Shown here piece after piece: positions 31,393 to 42,094 of a stretch of DNA of 64,000 bases. This stretch comes from an uncultured delta proteobacterium (GTDB lineage Bacteria > Desulfobacterota > Desulfomonilia > Desulfomonilales > Desulfomonilaceae): positions 736,001 to 800,000 of the forward strand of contig CAWBKB010000003.1 in NCBI GenBank assembly GCA_963789265.1, given 5' to 3'. Numbering within the stretch: the first letter of the stretch is position 1; every line of letters begins with the position of its first letter. The translations under genes were made by a program, and so were the position numbers. The notes beneath the pieces are model-generated. The model made no database searches. It was given only the letters and a program-made list of their open reading frames with translations, and had not been told where the DNA came from.

Positions 31393-32412
31393 ATGCTCAA
31401 ACAAGCCATCAAGAAGACAACGGACGGGAAGGATTTGAGCCAACTAGAAATGGAAGCGGCAATGGATGAGATCATGACCGGAAATGCCACTCCAGCTCAG
31501 ATAGGCTCTTTACTCACTGCTCTGAAAATGAAAGGGGAAACCGTCGCGGAAATCACCGGGGCGGCAACCGTAATGAGACGAAAGGCGGTCCCGCTGCCGG
31601 TCCAGAATGACGGCACTCCGCTGATCGACACTTGTGGAACCGGTGGAGATGGAGCCGGGACCTTCAATATATCCACCACCGTGGCATTTATCCTTGCGGG
31701 CGCAGGGTTGAGAGTGGCCAAACATGGCAATCGTTCCGTTTCCAGTTCGTGCGGAAGCGCGGATGTTCTGCGGGAACTCGGCGCAGACTTGGATCAGGCA
31801 CCGGAAAGCGTGGGGAAATGCATTAACAGCACCGGTTTTGGATTCCTTTTCGCGCCCATGTTTCACCGCGCTATGAAACATGCCGCTGGCCCTCGCCAGG
31901 AACTGGGGATTCGGACTTTGTTCAACATCCTCGGGCCTCTCACAAATCCCGCGGGTGCTGCCTATCAACTCCTGGGCGTATATCATCCTGACCTCACCGA
32001 ACCCATCGCGTGGGCGCTTCACGGTCTGGGGACGCGTTCGGCCATGGTGGTGCACGGTATGGAAGGACTTGACGAAATATCTCTTTCGAGCCCGACGAAG
32101 ATCTCGCGGCTCAAGGATGAAAACGTGATCACAACCCAATTCGAGCCGAGTGAGGTCGGGCTTTCTGCGTGCAGCCTTGACAAGATCAAAGGCGGCAGCT
32201 CCGCGGAGAATGCTCGACACCTGCTGGACGTGCTTGAAGGGAAATCCGGCCCTCGGCGAGATGTGGCGCTGATAAACGCGGCGGCAGCTCTTGTCGTGGC
32301 AGAAGTCGCAGACGATTTGAAAGAAGGTCTCCAGGTTGCTACCGAGGCTGTCGATTCCGGCAAGGCACGGCAGAAGCTGGACGAGTTTCTGCAATTCAGA
32401 GTAACACAATGA
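31393..32412 (+). CDS. trpD: Anthranilate phosphoribosyltransferase
   Basis: DTCGTGGD, NIST, KHGNRSVSS, GPLTNPA. Confidence 0.95.
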   Translation: MLKQAIKKTTDGKDLSQLEMEAAMDEIMTGNATPAQIGSLLTALKMKGETVAEITGAATVMRRKAVPLPVQNDGTPLIDTCGTGGDGAGTFNISTTVAFILAGAGLRVAKHGNRSVSSSCGSADVLRELGADLDQAPESVGKCINSTGFGFLFAPMFHRAMKHAAGPRQELGIRTLFNILGPLTNPAGAAYQLLGVYHPDLTEPIAWALHGLGTRSAMVVHGMEGLDEISLSSPTKISRLKDENVITTQFEPSEVGLSACSLDKIKGGSSAENARHLLDVLEGKSGPRRDVALINAAAALVVAEVADDLKEGLQVATEAVDSGKARQKLDEFLQFRVTQ

Positions 32413-33194
32413 CAGCCATACTTCGCAAAATTGCCGGGCTGCGCCTCAATCGCCTGGCCCAAGAAATGCGAGCAGTGAGTCGGGAAACCCTTGAACAAAG
32501 GGCTTCCGATGGACAGCCCGCGCAGAACTTCGCGGAGGTGTTTGCTCAACCGGGCATACACGTAATTGCGGAAATTAAGAAGGCCTCTCCATCCCGCGGC
32601 GTACTCAAGAATAACCTGGATTCCGAACAGCTCGCCGGAACTTACGCGCAAGGGGGTGCTTCGGCCATCTCGGTTCTTACTGAAGCCGATCATTTTTTGG
32701 GCAGCTTATCCGCATTGACGCTGGTAAAGAATGCCACCTCGTTGCCGGTCCTCCGCAAGGATTTCATACTCGATCCTTATCAGGTAGTAGAGACGCGATC
32801 CGCAGGTGCCGATTCCTTTCTTCTCATCGCCGCGCTTCTTGATGCGAGTTCCCTTAGATTTTTAGTGAAAGAGGGGCGCAAATGGGGAATGGAGCCATTA
32901 GTTGAAGTTCATGATGCCGGTGAGCTGAAGATGGCCCTCAAAGCTGAAGCCGTAGTGATCGGGGTCAACAATCGCGATCTGAACACATTCCTGGTCGATG
33001 TGAGCACTTCCCTGAAATTGATTGAGCAAATTCCTGCCGAATGCATTGCTATTTCCGAAAGCGGCATCAAGTCGCGCGACCAGGTCGTCCGGCTTTCGGA
33101 GGCAGGCTTTCGAGGGTTTCTCATAGGCGAGAGCCTTGTAACCTCAGCCGACCCTGTCGCGAAACTTAGAGGCTTTTTGTATGACACCCCCTGA
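32409..33194 (+). CDS. trpC: Indole-3-glycerol phosphate synthase
   Basis: IAEIKKASPSRG, LRKDF, GVNNRDL, SESGI. Confidence 0.95.
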   Translation: MTAILRKIAGLRLNRLAQEMRAVSRETLEQRASDGQPAQNFAEVFAQPGIHVIAEIKKASPSRGVLKNNLDSEQLAGTYAQGGASAISVLTEADHFLGSLSALTLVKNATSLPVLRKDFILDPYQVVETRSAGADSFLLIAALLDASSLRFLVKEGRKWGMEPLVEVHDAGELKMALKAEAVVIGVNNRDLNTFLVDVSTSLKLIEQIPAECIAISESGIKSRDQVVRLSEAGFRGFLIGESLVTSADPVAKLRGFLYDTP

Positions 33195-33849
33195 TTATAC
33201 AGTTCGAGTCAAAATATGCGGCATCACGCGTCTCGCGGATGCTCACGCTGCAATAAACGCTGGGGCCCATGCGCTGGGCTTTGTATTTCATCCGCCCAGC
33301 AGGCGTTTCATAATCCCTGAGAAGGCCAAGGCCATAATCAGCGCCTTGCCGCCTTTCGTGTCGTTAATCGGGGTGTTCGTAAATCTGCCTGTTCCGGAAG
33401 TGCAAGCAATAGTCGATTTATGCGGCCTGCACGCGATTCAGCTTCACGGGAATGAGTCTGCCGAGGAATGCTCCGCGTATGACCGACCAGTCATCAAGGC
33501 GTTTCGATTTGATCCTCTTAAGCAACATCCGGCGTTATCGCGATACAAGGTCTCTGCGGTTCTCGTGGATGCAAGTGCAGCGGGCGAATGGGGAGGCACG
33601 GGAGTGCCCCTGGATTGGGAGCTGCTCAAGCAGCATTTGGCAAGTGAACCTGAAGCCGTGCGCCGGAGACTCGTGTTGGCCGGAGGCCTCACGACACGTA
33701 ATGTAGAAAGGGCCGTTAACCTAGTCGAACCGTATGCCGTCGATGTGTCCACTGGAGTGGAAATCGAGCCTGGAATTAAAGATCCCCAGAAAATCAAGGA
33801 GTTCATGAATGCAGTGCGCAACAGACGAAATGCACACCACGTGGCCTGA
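33181..33849 (+). CDS. trpF: Phosphoribosylanthranilate isomerase
   Basis: VKICGIT, QLHGNE, GGTG, LAGGL, DVSTGVE. Confidence 0.95.
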   Translation: MTPPDYTVRVKICGITRLADAHAAINAGAHALGFVFHPPSRRFIIPEKAKAIISALPPFVSLIGVFVNLPVPEVQAIVDLCGLHAIQLHGNESAEECSAYDRPVIKAFRFDPLKQHPALSRYKVSAVLVDASAAGEWGGTGVPLDWELLKQHLASEPEAVRRRLVLAGGLTTRNVERAVNLVEPYAVDVSTGVEIEPGIKDPQKIKEFMNAVRNRRNAHHVA

Positions 33850-35023
33850 TCGGTACGGGTACTTCGGGGAATTCGGCGGGCGCTTCGTGCCCGAAACCCT
33901 TGTTACCCCTTTGTTGGAACTGGAAGAAGCGTTTTTCGCCAGCAGACAATCCGATGACTTTGCCCGGAAACTGGACAGTCTGTTGCGAGACTACGCGGGC
34001 AGGGAAACCCCCCTCTTCTTTGCCTCGCAATTTTCCGAGACTGTCGGCGGCGCGAAGCTCTACCTGAAGAGAGAGGACCTCCTTCATACCGGAGCACACA
34101 AGATAAACAATACTCTGGGACAAGCGCTACTGGCCAAATACATGGGCAAACCCAAGGTCATCGCTGAGACCGGGGCGGGACAACACGGGGTGGCAACTGC
34201 CGCAGTCGCTGCCCTTTTGGGGCTTGAATGCCGGGTATTCATGGGTGAAGAGGACATGCGGCGACAAGCCCCGAATGTGTTCCGCATGAAGCTTATGGGC
34301 ACCGAAGTAGTCCCCGTGAAAGCGGGCACAGCCACTCTCAAGGATGCCATGGGTGAAGCCATGAGATACTGGGCCGCGCACGTGCATGACACCTTTTACG
34401 TGATCGGTTCCGTGGCCGGGCCGCATCCGTACCCCCTCATGGTCAGGGAATTTCAATCCGTGATCGGCCGTGAAACTCGGCGACAAATTTTGGAAGTCGA
34501 GGGAAAACTCCCCAAGAAGGTAATAGCCTGCGTGGGGGGCGGCAGCAACGCCGCGGGTATTTTCCACGGATTTCTCAAAGATGAAGAGGTAGAACTGATA
34601 GGTGTTGAAGCCGGTGGGCTCGGGATTGATTCCGGAAAACATGGAGCCACTTTATGTGCGGGCCGGGAAGGTGTGTTTCATGGGTCCCGCTCCTTTGTGC
34701 TTCAGGATGAAGAGGGCCAGGTGAGGGAGGCCCACTCGATCTCCGCGGGACTGGACTACCCGGGGGTAGGTCCGGAGCACGCGCTTTTACATATTACCGA
34801 GCGAGTCAGATACGCTTTCATAACGGATGACGAGGCTCTCGAAGCGTTTTCTAGGCTTTGCCGCACAGAAGGCATAATCCCCGCACTCGAGTCCTCACAT
34901 GCCCTGGCATGGGCAATCAAGGAGCTTCCTCAGCTCGGCAAAGACGACATTTGTATTGTCAACCTTTCGGGACGAGGCGACAAGGACATGCCCATAATCG
35001 AAAACGCACTTATGGAGAGCTGA
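33830..35023 (+). CDS. trpB: Tryptophan synthase beta chain
   Basis: [47 protein letters not shown]. Confidence 0.97.
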   Translation: MHTTWPDRYGYFGEFGGRFVPETLVTPLLELEEAFFASRQSDDFARKLDSLLRDYAGRETPLFFASQFSETVGGAKLYLKREDLLHTGAHKINNTLGQALLAKYMGKPKVIAETGAGQHGVATAAVAALLGLECRVFMGEEDMRRQAPNVFRMKLMGTEVVPVKAGTATLKDAMGEAMRYWAAHVHDTFYVIGSVAGPHPYPLMVREFQSVIGRETRRQILEVEGKLPKKVIACVGGGSNAAGIFHGFLKDEEVELIGVEAGGLGIDSGKHGATLCAGREGVFHGSRSFVLQDEEGQVREAHSISAGLDYPGVGPEHALLHITERVRYAFITDDEALEAFSRLCRTEGIIPALESSHALAWAIKELPQLGKDDICIVNLSGRGDKDMPIIENALMES

Positions 35024-35026
35024 AAT

Positions 35027-35824
35027 ATGGAACGAATTTCGCAAAAGTTTAAATCATTACAGGAAAATGGTGACACGGCCTTCATCCCTTTCTCAGTTGC
35101 CGGATATCCCAATATTGAGAAATCCTTGGAGATTTTCTTGGCACTTGCCGAAGGTGACGTGCTGGAATTTGGCTTCCCGTTCTCGGATCCCGTGGCGGAT
35201 GGTCCTGTTATACAGAATGCTGCAACCGAGGCAATCCGAAGCGGAATAACCATGGATAAGGCTTTGGATATGGTAGGAGAGATTCGTAGCCGAAGCGACA
35301 TCCCAATAATCTTCTTCAGCTACTTCAATCCTATTCATAATTATGGGCCTCAAAGATTTGTGGACCGGGCAAAAGAATGTGGCATCAACGGCGTGCTCGT
35401 GGTCGATCTTCCTCTGGATGAGGTCCGCTGGCTGAAGCCGATCACGGACAAGTTCGGCCTCGCCTGGATTTACTTGGCGACACCTACGACTCCTGATTTC
35501 CGAATCAAGAAGATGGACGAAGACGGTGCCGGATTCCTCTACTACGTGTCCATTGCGGGGGTGACAGGGGCTAGAGGGTCGTTGCCGGAGGGTCTTGCAC
35601 AGAAATGCGATCACGTGAGGCAATTGTGCCGCTTGCCGGTGGCTGTGGGATTCGGCATTTCCAGCCCGGGGCAGGCTTCCGAATTGCGCTCGCACGTGGA
35701 CGGGGTTGTAGTGGGCAGTGAAATAATCTCTCGCGTTCAAAGGGGAGATTCGGTTGAAGATATCGGGAATTGGGTAAAAGAAATGAAGACAGCGCTGTCA
35801 CGGTCGGGCGGTGGGTCAGTTTGA
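35027..35824 (+). CDS. trpA: Tryptophan synthase alpha chain
   Basis: EFGFPFSDPVADGPVIQ, GVTGAR, GFGIS. Confidence 0.96.
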   Translation: MERISQKFKSLQENGDTAFIPFSVAGYPNIEKSLEIFLALAEGDVLEFGFPFSDPVADGPVIQNAATEAIRSGITMDKALDMVGEIRSRSDIPIIFFSYFNPIHNYGPQRFVDRAKECGINGVLVVDLPLDEVRWLKPITDKFGLAWIYLATPTTPDFRIKKMDEDGAGFLYYVSIAGVTGARGSLPEGLAQKCDHVRQLCRLPVAVGFGISSPGQASELRSHVDGVVVGSEIISRVQRGDSVEDIGNWVKEMKTALSRSGGGSV

Positions 35825-35854
35825 GAGTAGTACCAGTCACGTAGAAAGGAAGAG

Positions 35855-36170
35855 TGTCATTGCGAGGAGTGCAGTCCCCCGTTCCGCGGGAAAGCAATCT
35901 CGCGACCTCGGCAGTCTTTGACTGCACGAGATTGCTTCGTCCCGCGAGACGCGCATAGGCGTTAAGTTAACGCCCCGCGAAACGCGGGGTTCCCCCCCTT
36001 TCGTAAAGGGGGGCCAGGGGGGATTTTGGGATAACTATTTGAAAATCCCCCTAAATCCCCCTTTAGAAAAGGGGGACTTTGAACGCCCTCCGCCTGCATG
36101 GACCTCCTGAAAAGGAACGAAATTGCCTTAACTTAACGCGAATGGGCGAGACGCGGGACTCGCAATGACA
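35855..36170. mobile_element. Nested repeat: REP-like TGTCATTGCGAG...CTCGCAATGACA interrupted by a ~190-bp MITE (35954-36144) with a target-site duplication
   Basis: Inner TIRs CATAGGCGTTAAGTTAA / TTAACTTAACGCGAATG; direct repeat GCGAGACGCG at 35944-35953 and 36146-36155. Confidence 0.75.
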
Positions 36171-36267
36171 TGCCCGACAAGAACCATTTTCACGCACATG
36201 ACTGACCGGATACATTTGAGATCACTTTGTTCCTTACTTTTGCGTCGATTCCGGCCCGGATTATGAT

Positions 36268-39200
36268 ATGAACAAGGGCATGTCGATCCAAGATGCCCTT
36301 GCGACATTTGCCGAGACTGTCCGCGCCAAAATGTCGACGTTGACGCTAGGTGAGCCCGAAGACCAGTTGTGCGGTCCTTTCGAGAACTTCATGGGTGATG
36401 TGGCCCGAACGATTGGTTGGAACGTGGTCTGCACAGGCGAATCTCGGCTGCCGGACACTCTTGGGAAGCCGGACTACGCATTCCATGTCAACGGTCTACT
36501 TGCAGGCTACATCGAACTGAAGGCCCCGGGCTTGGGTGCGGACCCGCACCGCTTCACAGGCCACAACCGTGAACAGTGGAAACGCTTTCAGTTCATTCCG
36601 AATTTAATCTACTGCGATGGCAACGCCTGGGGGCTCTATCGCGACGGCAAACTGATCGACAAGATAGTTCGCCTCTCAGGCGATCTCGTCGCTCACGGCA
36701 AAAAGGCAGTCAGCCCAGACGACGCGCATCATGTCGAGCGGTTGCTAAGAGATTTTCTTTCCTGGCAGCCCATTATCCCGACTGACCGCAAGGGCAAGGT
36801 CGATCTTAAGAGATTCGCAGAACTGCTCGCGCCGCTATGCCGGATGATGCGCGATGACGTGACCGACGCTCTGCGTGACACGAACTCCCCGCTCGTCCAA
36901 CTTGCGAAAGACTGGCGGCAACTCCTTTTCCCGGAGGCCTCTGATAGACAATTCGCCGATGCGTACGCCCAGACGGTGGCATTTGCCCTACTCCTTGGTC
37001 GCAGCGAAGGTGCAGATCCTCTAACTCTCGAAAATGCCGAAAAGGGTTTGGCCATTCAGCACGGGCTCCTTTCTCGTGCCCTCCAGGTGCTGACCGATCC
37101 CGCCGCGCGGGCCGAAATGGCCGCATCGCTGGACCTGCTCCTGCGCGTCATGGCCGTTGTCCCGCCTGCCACGCTGAGCGGCCCCGAGCACCCCTGGCTT
37201 TACTTCTACGAAGACTTCCTCGCTGCTTACGATCCCAAGTTGCGCAAGGATGCCGGTGCGTACTACACGCCTGTTGAAGTCGTGCGCGCTCAAGTCCGCC
37301 TCATCGACGACCTTCTTGTGAACCGTCTGGGCAAGCCTCTCGGTTTCGCGGATCCTGACGTTGTCACACTCGATCCTGCCGCAGGCACGGGCACCTATCT
37401 ACTCGGCGTCATCGAGCACACCCTGGGCAGAGTCGAAGCTGAACAGGGAGCCGGCGCCGTGCCGGGGCAGGCTTCCGCGCTCGCGGCCAACTTGTATGGC
37501 TTCGAACTCATGGTGGGGCCTTTCGCGGTAGCTGAACTGCGCGTAAGCCGAGCGCTACGAGACCGCGGCGCGATCTTGCCGGCAGGCGGCTCCCACATCT
37601 ACCTGACCGATACGCTTGAGAGCCCTTACTCCGAGTTGCCGCAGCTCCCGCTGTTCCTGTGGCCCATTGCCGAGCAGCACGCCAGGGCACTCAAGGTCAA
37701 GAGCGATGTCCCTGTTATAGTTTGCCTCGGGAATCCGCCATACGATCGGCACGAAGCCGCCAACCACAATAACAAGGCTCGCACAGGCGGCTGGGCCCGC
37801 TGGGGCGATGACAGCAAAGGCAAGGATGCCATTTTCCGCAGCTTTCTCGATCCCGTACTCGCCGCCGGGCACACGGTACATGCCAAGAATTTGTATAATC
37901 TCTATGTCTATTTTTGGCGTTGGGCGTTATGGAAGGTCTTCGAGCATGACACCTCACGCGGTCCGGGCATTGTCAGTTTCATCAGCGCCTCCAGTTACCT
38001 TGACGGAGATGCGTTCTGCGGCATGCGTGAGCACATGCGCCGGCTCTGTGACGAAATTTGGATCCTTGACCTTGGCGGCGAGGGGCGCGGCACAAGGAAG
38101 AGCGATAATGTTTTTTCCATACAGACGCCGGTTGCTATAGCCGTAGCCGTCCGCGCTGGTAAGGCGAAGGCAAAAAAACCGGCAAGCGTCCACTACGCTC
38201 GCATCGAAGGCATGCGCGACAGGAAGCTCGCATCAATAGATAATATTACTGACTTCACTAGCGTGACTTGGCGAGAATGCCCGAAGAAATGGCAGGCTCC
38301 CTTCCTCCCGCCAGGGGAAGGTCGATTCTTCGCTTGGCCGCTTTTCACCGACTTAATGCCCTGGCAACATTCGGGGATTGAATGCAAGCGAACATGGCCA
38401 ATTGCCCCTGATGCCAACACGCTGCGCGAGCGCTGGCGAAGGCTCCTAGACGCAAAAGACCGGGCAACGGCATTCCACGAGACCAGCGATAGATTGGTTG
38501 GAGGAAGCTACTCCGTGCGGTTAAGTCCTGCCGGATCTGCTATGCCTATCGCGCTGCTTCCCAAGAATGCTCCTGTCCCGCCAATTCGACCTTGCGGCTT
38601 TCGCTCTTTCGACAGGCAGCATATTCTCGCCGACACGCGACTGATTTCTCGTCCTCGTCCCGATCTTTGGAGAGCTGACGGGTCACACCAGCTCTATCTG
38701 ACAAGTCTCTTCAATCATCCTTTAGGCTTCGGCCCGGCTCTTACTTCCAGTGCGCATATCCCGGATCGTCATCACCTGAGAGGCTCCTACGGCGGCAAAG
38801 ATGTTCTTCCGCTCTATCGTGACCGCGAAGCTAAGCACCCCAACGTGGCCCCTGGCTTGCTTCAATTGATGGAAAACCACTACGGTAGCCCAGTTTCTGC
38901 AGAGGATTTCATAGCGTACATTTACGGTATTCTGGCTCAACCTGCTTTCACGGCACGATATGCGAAGGAACTGGAGACCCGCCAAGTTCGAGTGCCGATC
39001 ACAAAAAATGTTGATCTGTTTGTAAAAGTTCGCGATATCGGGGCACATTTGCTTTGGCTGCACACGTACGGCGAACGCTTCGTCCCGGAAGGCAAGCAGC
39101 GCAGCCAGATCCCGCACGATCAGGCGAGATGCATTAAGGCCGTTCCAGGCGATCCGGACCATTACCCCGATTCATTCGAATACAGTCAGGGGACGCAAAC

Positions 39201-39564
39201 TCTTCACGTGGGAAGCGGCGAGTTCCAGCCCGTTGGAGCCGAAGTCTTCGAGTTCGAAGTCTCAGGCCTGAAGGTGGTTCAATCCTGGCTCAAATACCGC
39301 ATGAAGAAGGGCGCGGGGAAAAAATCATCGCCCCTCGACGACATCCGCCCTGAGCGTTGGACCGGCCGATTCACTACGGAATTACTCGAACTGCTCTGGG
39401 TAATGGAGGCGACCGTCAAAGGCTATCCTGAACAGGCACGACTGCTTGATGCCGTCGTTTCCGGCTCCTGTATTCGCGCTGCTGAGCTTTCCTCCGTTCC
39501 TGATGAGGCCCGTAAACCGCTCGCCTCTCCGATGTCAGAGAGCAGCCTGTTCGAGGACCTGTGA
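36268..39564 (+). CDS. Single-polypeptide restriction-modification-like enzyme (PD-(D/E)xK nuclease + N6-adenine methyltransferase + C-terminal specificity domain; type IIG/ISP-like, no helicase)
   Basis: KPD...YIELK; GAYYTP; LDPAAGTGTY (SAM binding); GNPPY (catalytic); no Walker A or DEAD motifs seen. Confidence 0.85.
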   Translation: MNKGMSIQDALATFAETVRAKMSTLTLGEPEDQLCGPFENFMGDVARTIGWNVVCTGESRLPDTLGKPDYAFHVNGLLAGYIELKAPGLGADPHRFTGHNREQWKRFQFIPNLIYCDGNAWGLYRDGKLIDKIVRLSGDLVAHGKKAVSPDDAHHVERLLRDFLSWQPIIPTDRKGKVDLKRFAELLAPLCRMMRDDVTDALRDTNSPLVQLAKDWRQLLFPEASDRQFADAYAQTVAFALLLGRSEGADPLTLENAEKGLAIQHGLLSRALQVLTDPAARAEMAASLDLLLRVMAVVPPATLSGPEHPWLYFYEDFLAAYDPKLRKDAGAYYTPVEVVRAQVRLIDDLLVNRLGKPLGFADPDVVTLDPAAGTGTYLLGVIEHTLGRVEAEQGAGAVPGQASALAANLYGFELMVGPFAVAELRVSRALRDRGAILPAGGSHIYLTDTLESPYSELPQLPLFLWPIAEQHARALKVKSDVPVIVCLGNPPYDRHEAANHNNKARTGGWARWGDDSKGKDAIFRSFLDPVLAAGHTVHAKNLYNLYVYFWRWALWKVFEHDTSRGPGIVSFISASSYLDGDAFCGMREHMRRLCDEIWILDLGGEGRGTRKSDNVFSIQTPVAIAVAVRAGKAKAKKPASVHYARIEGMRDRKLASIDNITDFTSVTWRECPKKWQAPFLPPGEGRFFAWPLFTDLMPWQHSGIECKRTWPIAPDANTLRERWRRLLDAKDRATAFHETSDRLVGGSYSVRLSPAGSAMPIALLPKNAPVPPIRPCGFRSFDRQHILADTRLISRPRPDLWRADGSHQLYLTSLFNHPLGFGPALTSSAHIPDRHHLRGSYGGKDVLPLYRDREAKHPNVAPGLLQLMENHYGSPVSAEDFIAYIYGILAQPAFTARYAKELETRQVRVPITKNVDLFVKVRDIGAHLLWLHTYGERFVPEGKQRSQIPHDQARCIKAVPGDPDHYPDSFEYSQGTQTLHVGSGEFQPVGAEVFEFEVSGLKVVQSWLKYRMKKGAGKKSSPLDDIRPERWTGRFTTELLELLWVMEATVKGYPEQARLLDAVVSGSCIRAAELSSVPDEARKPLASPMSESSLFEDL

Positions 39565-39905
39565 TTCGCGGTCAATTGCGCGGTGCATTTGCCGTTCGGC
39601 TGCGCTTGCAACCTCACCAATACCTTATCGGTAAACACCGAACTGTGGCCCTTCTTGGCGGGGGGAAAAACGAATACTCTCAGAAGCGCGACGCTAATGG
39701 CAACGCATAGAACTATCACTATGATCAACGTGGTAACAATTTTTTGTAATCTAGGTCGCATAACCATCTCCTACTGTTCCGGTACGAGGTTTTAGTATAA
39801 GCAATTGATATTTAGCAGCATGTTGTCCCAGCGATGGACGAAAAACATTTTCGTCTCACATCATTGAGCTCAAAGGTACTCACCTCAGGCGTGCTTTCCC
39901 GAGTG

Positions 39906-40523
39906 TCACGTTTCTGCTTGCGCCGTGGAGCCGCCAACGCGTCCTGCAACTATAATCCTGCGATATAGGTATGCCGCGCACGCAGCAACCAAGAGAATCA
40001 CCCACAGGACCTGCATGGAGTGCAACTTTAGATCGTCTCCCGTCTCCAGGCTATGAACGAACACAAGCAGTATAATGATAGGGGCCAGCAAGTAATGTGT
40101 TTGGTGCCATTGGCTGAACGTGAGCCCGAGTTCCTTCCAATACACGCTTAGTAGCGTGAGAATAATTAGCAGCACAAGACCTGTTCTACCTACCCAGATG
40201 TACCAAGGCTGCGTGAAAGCGAGGACCTGCCCGCCTCCAAATTCCATCAATATCGGGTGGGATGCCATCATAACGGTAACGAAGATGCCGATGGATTTAT
40301 GAAAGCGGGTAATCGCGGCCCTCCCAAAGTAGCTTTCGATCCATTTAATCCTCGCGGTAAGCACCGGCTGCATGGCCAAAATGACAAAGCCGGCCAGGCC
40401 GAAACTTCTGGCTATTTCGTAAATCAGGAGGTTAGGACTATGAAGACGTAGCACTGTTAACAGTAGCAAAGGGCTTATAACAACTAATACGTACAGAGTT
40501 ACCAGAACTGTACCGCAAAACAT
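39906..40523 (-). CDS. Ferric reductase-like transmembrane domain protein
   Basis: About 6 TM segments with spaced His residues (FHK...SHP; WHQTHY...VHS). Confidence 0.72.
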   Translation of the reverse strand: MFCGTVLVTLYVLVVISPLLLLTVLRLHSPNLLIYEIARSFGLAGFVILAMQPVLTARIKWIESYFGRAAITRFHKSIGIFVTVMMASHPILMEFGGGQVLAFTQPWYIWVGRTGLVLLIILTLLSVYWKELGLTFSQWHQTHYLLAPIIILLVFVHSLETGDDLKLHSMQVLWVILLVAACAAYLYRRIIVAGRVGGSTAQAET

Positions 40524-40833
40524 GATTATTCCTCCCCTGAAGCTTGTGGTTCACATTAAAGCAAACTAATTGAATATTTCGATCCAATTTCCACTGTACT
40601 CCACCTACGGTCACTTCACGTCGCGATATATTTTTTCAGAGGATTCATCCATCCCCGAGCCCTTCATTGTCGTAGCAACAAAAAGTAATGCGCAATCAGG
40701 ACACATATTTCGGCGCAGGTATATATTGTGTATGATAATGGGCCTTCGAGTTCTTGTCAACGCGGAGGTGTTTTGGTAGGGGAGTGGGAGGAAACCCTTC
40801 ATCGAAAACAGCCTCCTCCCCACAGAACTTGGC

Positions 40834-41262
40834 TCAGGCTGATTTGCGGGCAGCCTCAGGCCATACGAGTTGGACTGCGTGAACCGGACACGCCTGTTCG
40901 CACAGGCCGCATCCCACACAGGCTTTTGGTTCGTACAGGCCTGCAATGGTCTCGTTGTCCATTTCTCCCATAGCAATCGCCTGGAAAGGGCAAACCGCGG
41001 CGCAAATTTCGCATCCGACGCAATCTTCACTCCAAATGTACGGTTTGGGCCATTGTGCTCGCTTGATTCTTTCGGGCTTGTTTCCCTGTGAATCTCTGAT
41101 TGCTCCGTAAGGGCAGCCTCTTCCGCAGACTCCACATTCAATACATCGGGTAGCATCGATGCTGTGTGGCTGTTTTTTTTCTCCGCCGGGGGCGCGGGTA
41201 GGGCAGGCCCTGGCGCACGTTTGACATCCTTTACATTCTTCCGCAATGATTCGGTAAGGCAT
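40834..41262 (-). CDS. Polyferredoxin with four [4Fe-4S] motifs
   Basis: Four CxxCxxCxxxCP motifs; GGAG RBS. Confidence 0.9.
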   Translation of the reverse strand: MPYRIIAEECKGCQTCARACPTRAPGGEKKQPHSIDATRCIECGVCGRGCPYGAIRDSQGNKPERIKRAQWPKPYIWSEDCVGCEICAAVCPFQAIAMGEMDNETIAGLYEPKACVGCGLCEQACPVHAVQLVWPEAARKSA

Positions 41263-41482
41263 CTAGATCACTCCTTCGCTCTATTAGACGATCCGAGAAT
41301 TGAGATTCATAGATAACCGGGCGTAATAGTTTCCAGAATACATCCTTCTTTTGAGAGTTGTCAACGCTCGAGCGAAGCAGTCGCCTTGGCGCGGGAATGT
41401 TAACCAACTGGTAACCGTTCGCGGATAAGGCGATACAACGGGTTAGCACAAGTTCCCTCTCAAATAAGTGAGAATCCGCAAA

Positions 41483-41589
41483 TAGCAAACGGCACTGACC
41501 TGGCACCGTGACGGTGCTCAGGTCAGTGGCACCCAACATTCGTTTACAAAGGCGTGGGTGCCACGGATCAGGGCTTGGCCAGATCCGTG
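41483..41589. repeat. Palindromic interspersed repeat, copy 2
   Basis: Colinear with 28667-28782; retains the intact CACTGACCTG...CAGGTCAGTG stem. Confidence 0.78.
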
Positions 41590-41869
41590 CTGTATTTGTT
41601 GTTGGCATAAGGCTTAGCCGGCAGAAACGCCGAAAGTCGCTTCCGCGTGAAACGGGGCATGAGGCCCAACCTCATGCCCCGCTCGACAGGTGGTGGAACC
41701 GGATGGAACTCCTGTAGATCGTTGACGGGGAAATCATTATATCGTGCCGCCTTCGATTAGGACGCTTGTTCCGCTAACTTTCTCGGCCGAACGATCACAT
41801 GGTTCTCAAGGTCATATTCTTACGGCATGCCTAATCGAGGGACGAACATCTCGTGACATGGTGCAGCTC

Positions 41870-42094
41870 TTAAGCTACTGATTCGACGCTTTTCACCGCG
41901 GGAACTCTTTCCTTTAGAATCCTCTCGATTCCCATCTTCAGAGTCATCTGACTCATGGGACATCCGCCGCAGGCCCCTTTAAGGCGAAGCTTGACCACGC
42001 CGTCGTCAGTAACCTCGACGATCTCGGCATCTCCCCCGTCAGCCTGAAGTTGGGGACGAACCGTATCGAGGGCTGCCTGAACCTCTTCTTTCAT
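41870..42094 (-). CDS. NifU C-terminal/Nfu-type Fe-S carrier
   Basis: [11 protein letters not shown]...[26 protein letters not shown]. Confidence 0.92.
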   Translation of the reverse strand: MKEEVQAALDTVRPQLQADGGDAEIVEVTDDGVVKLRLKGACGGCPMSQMTLKMGIERILKERVPAVKSVESVA

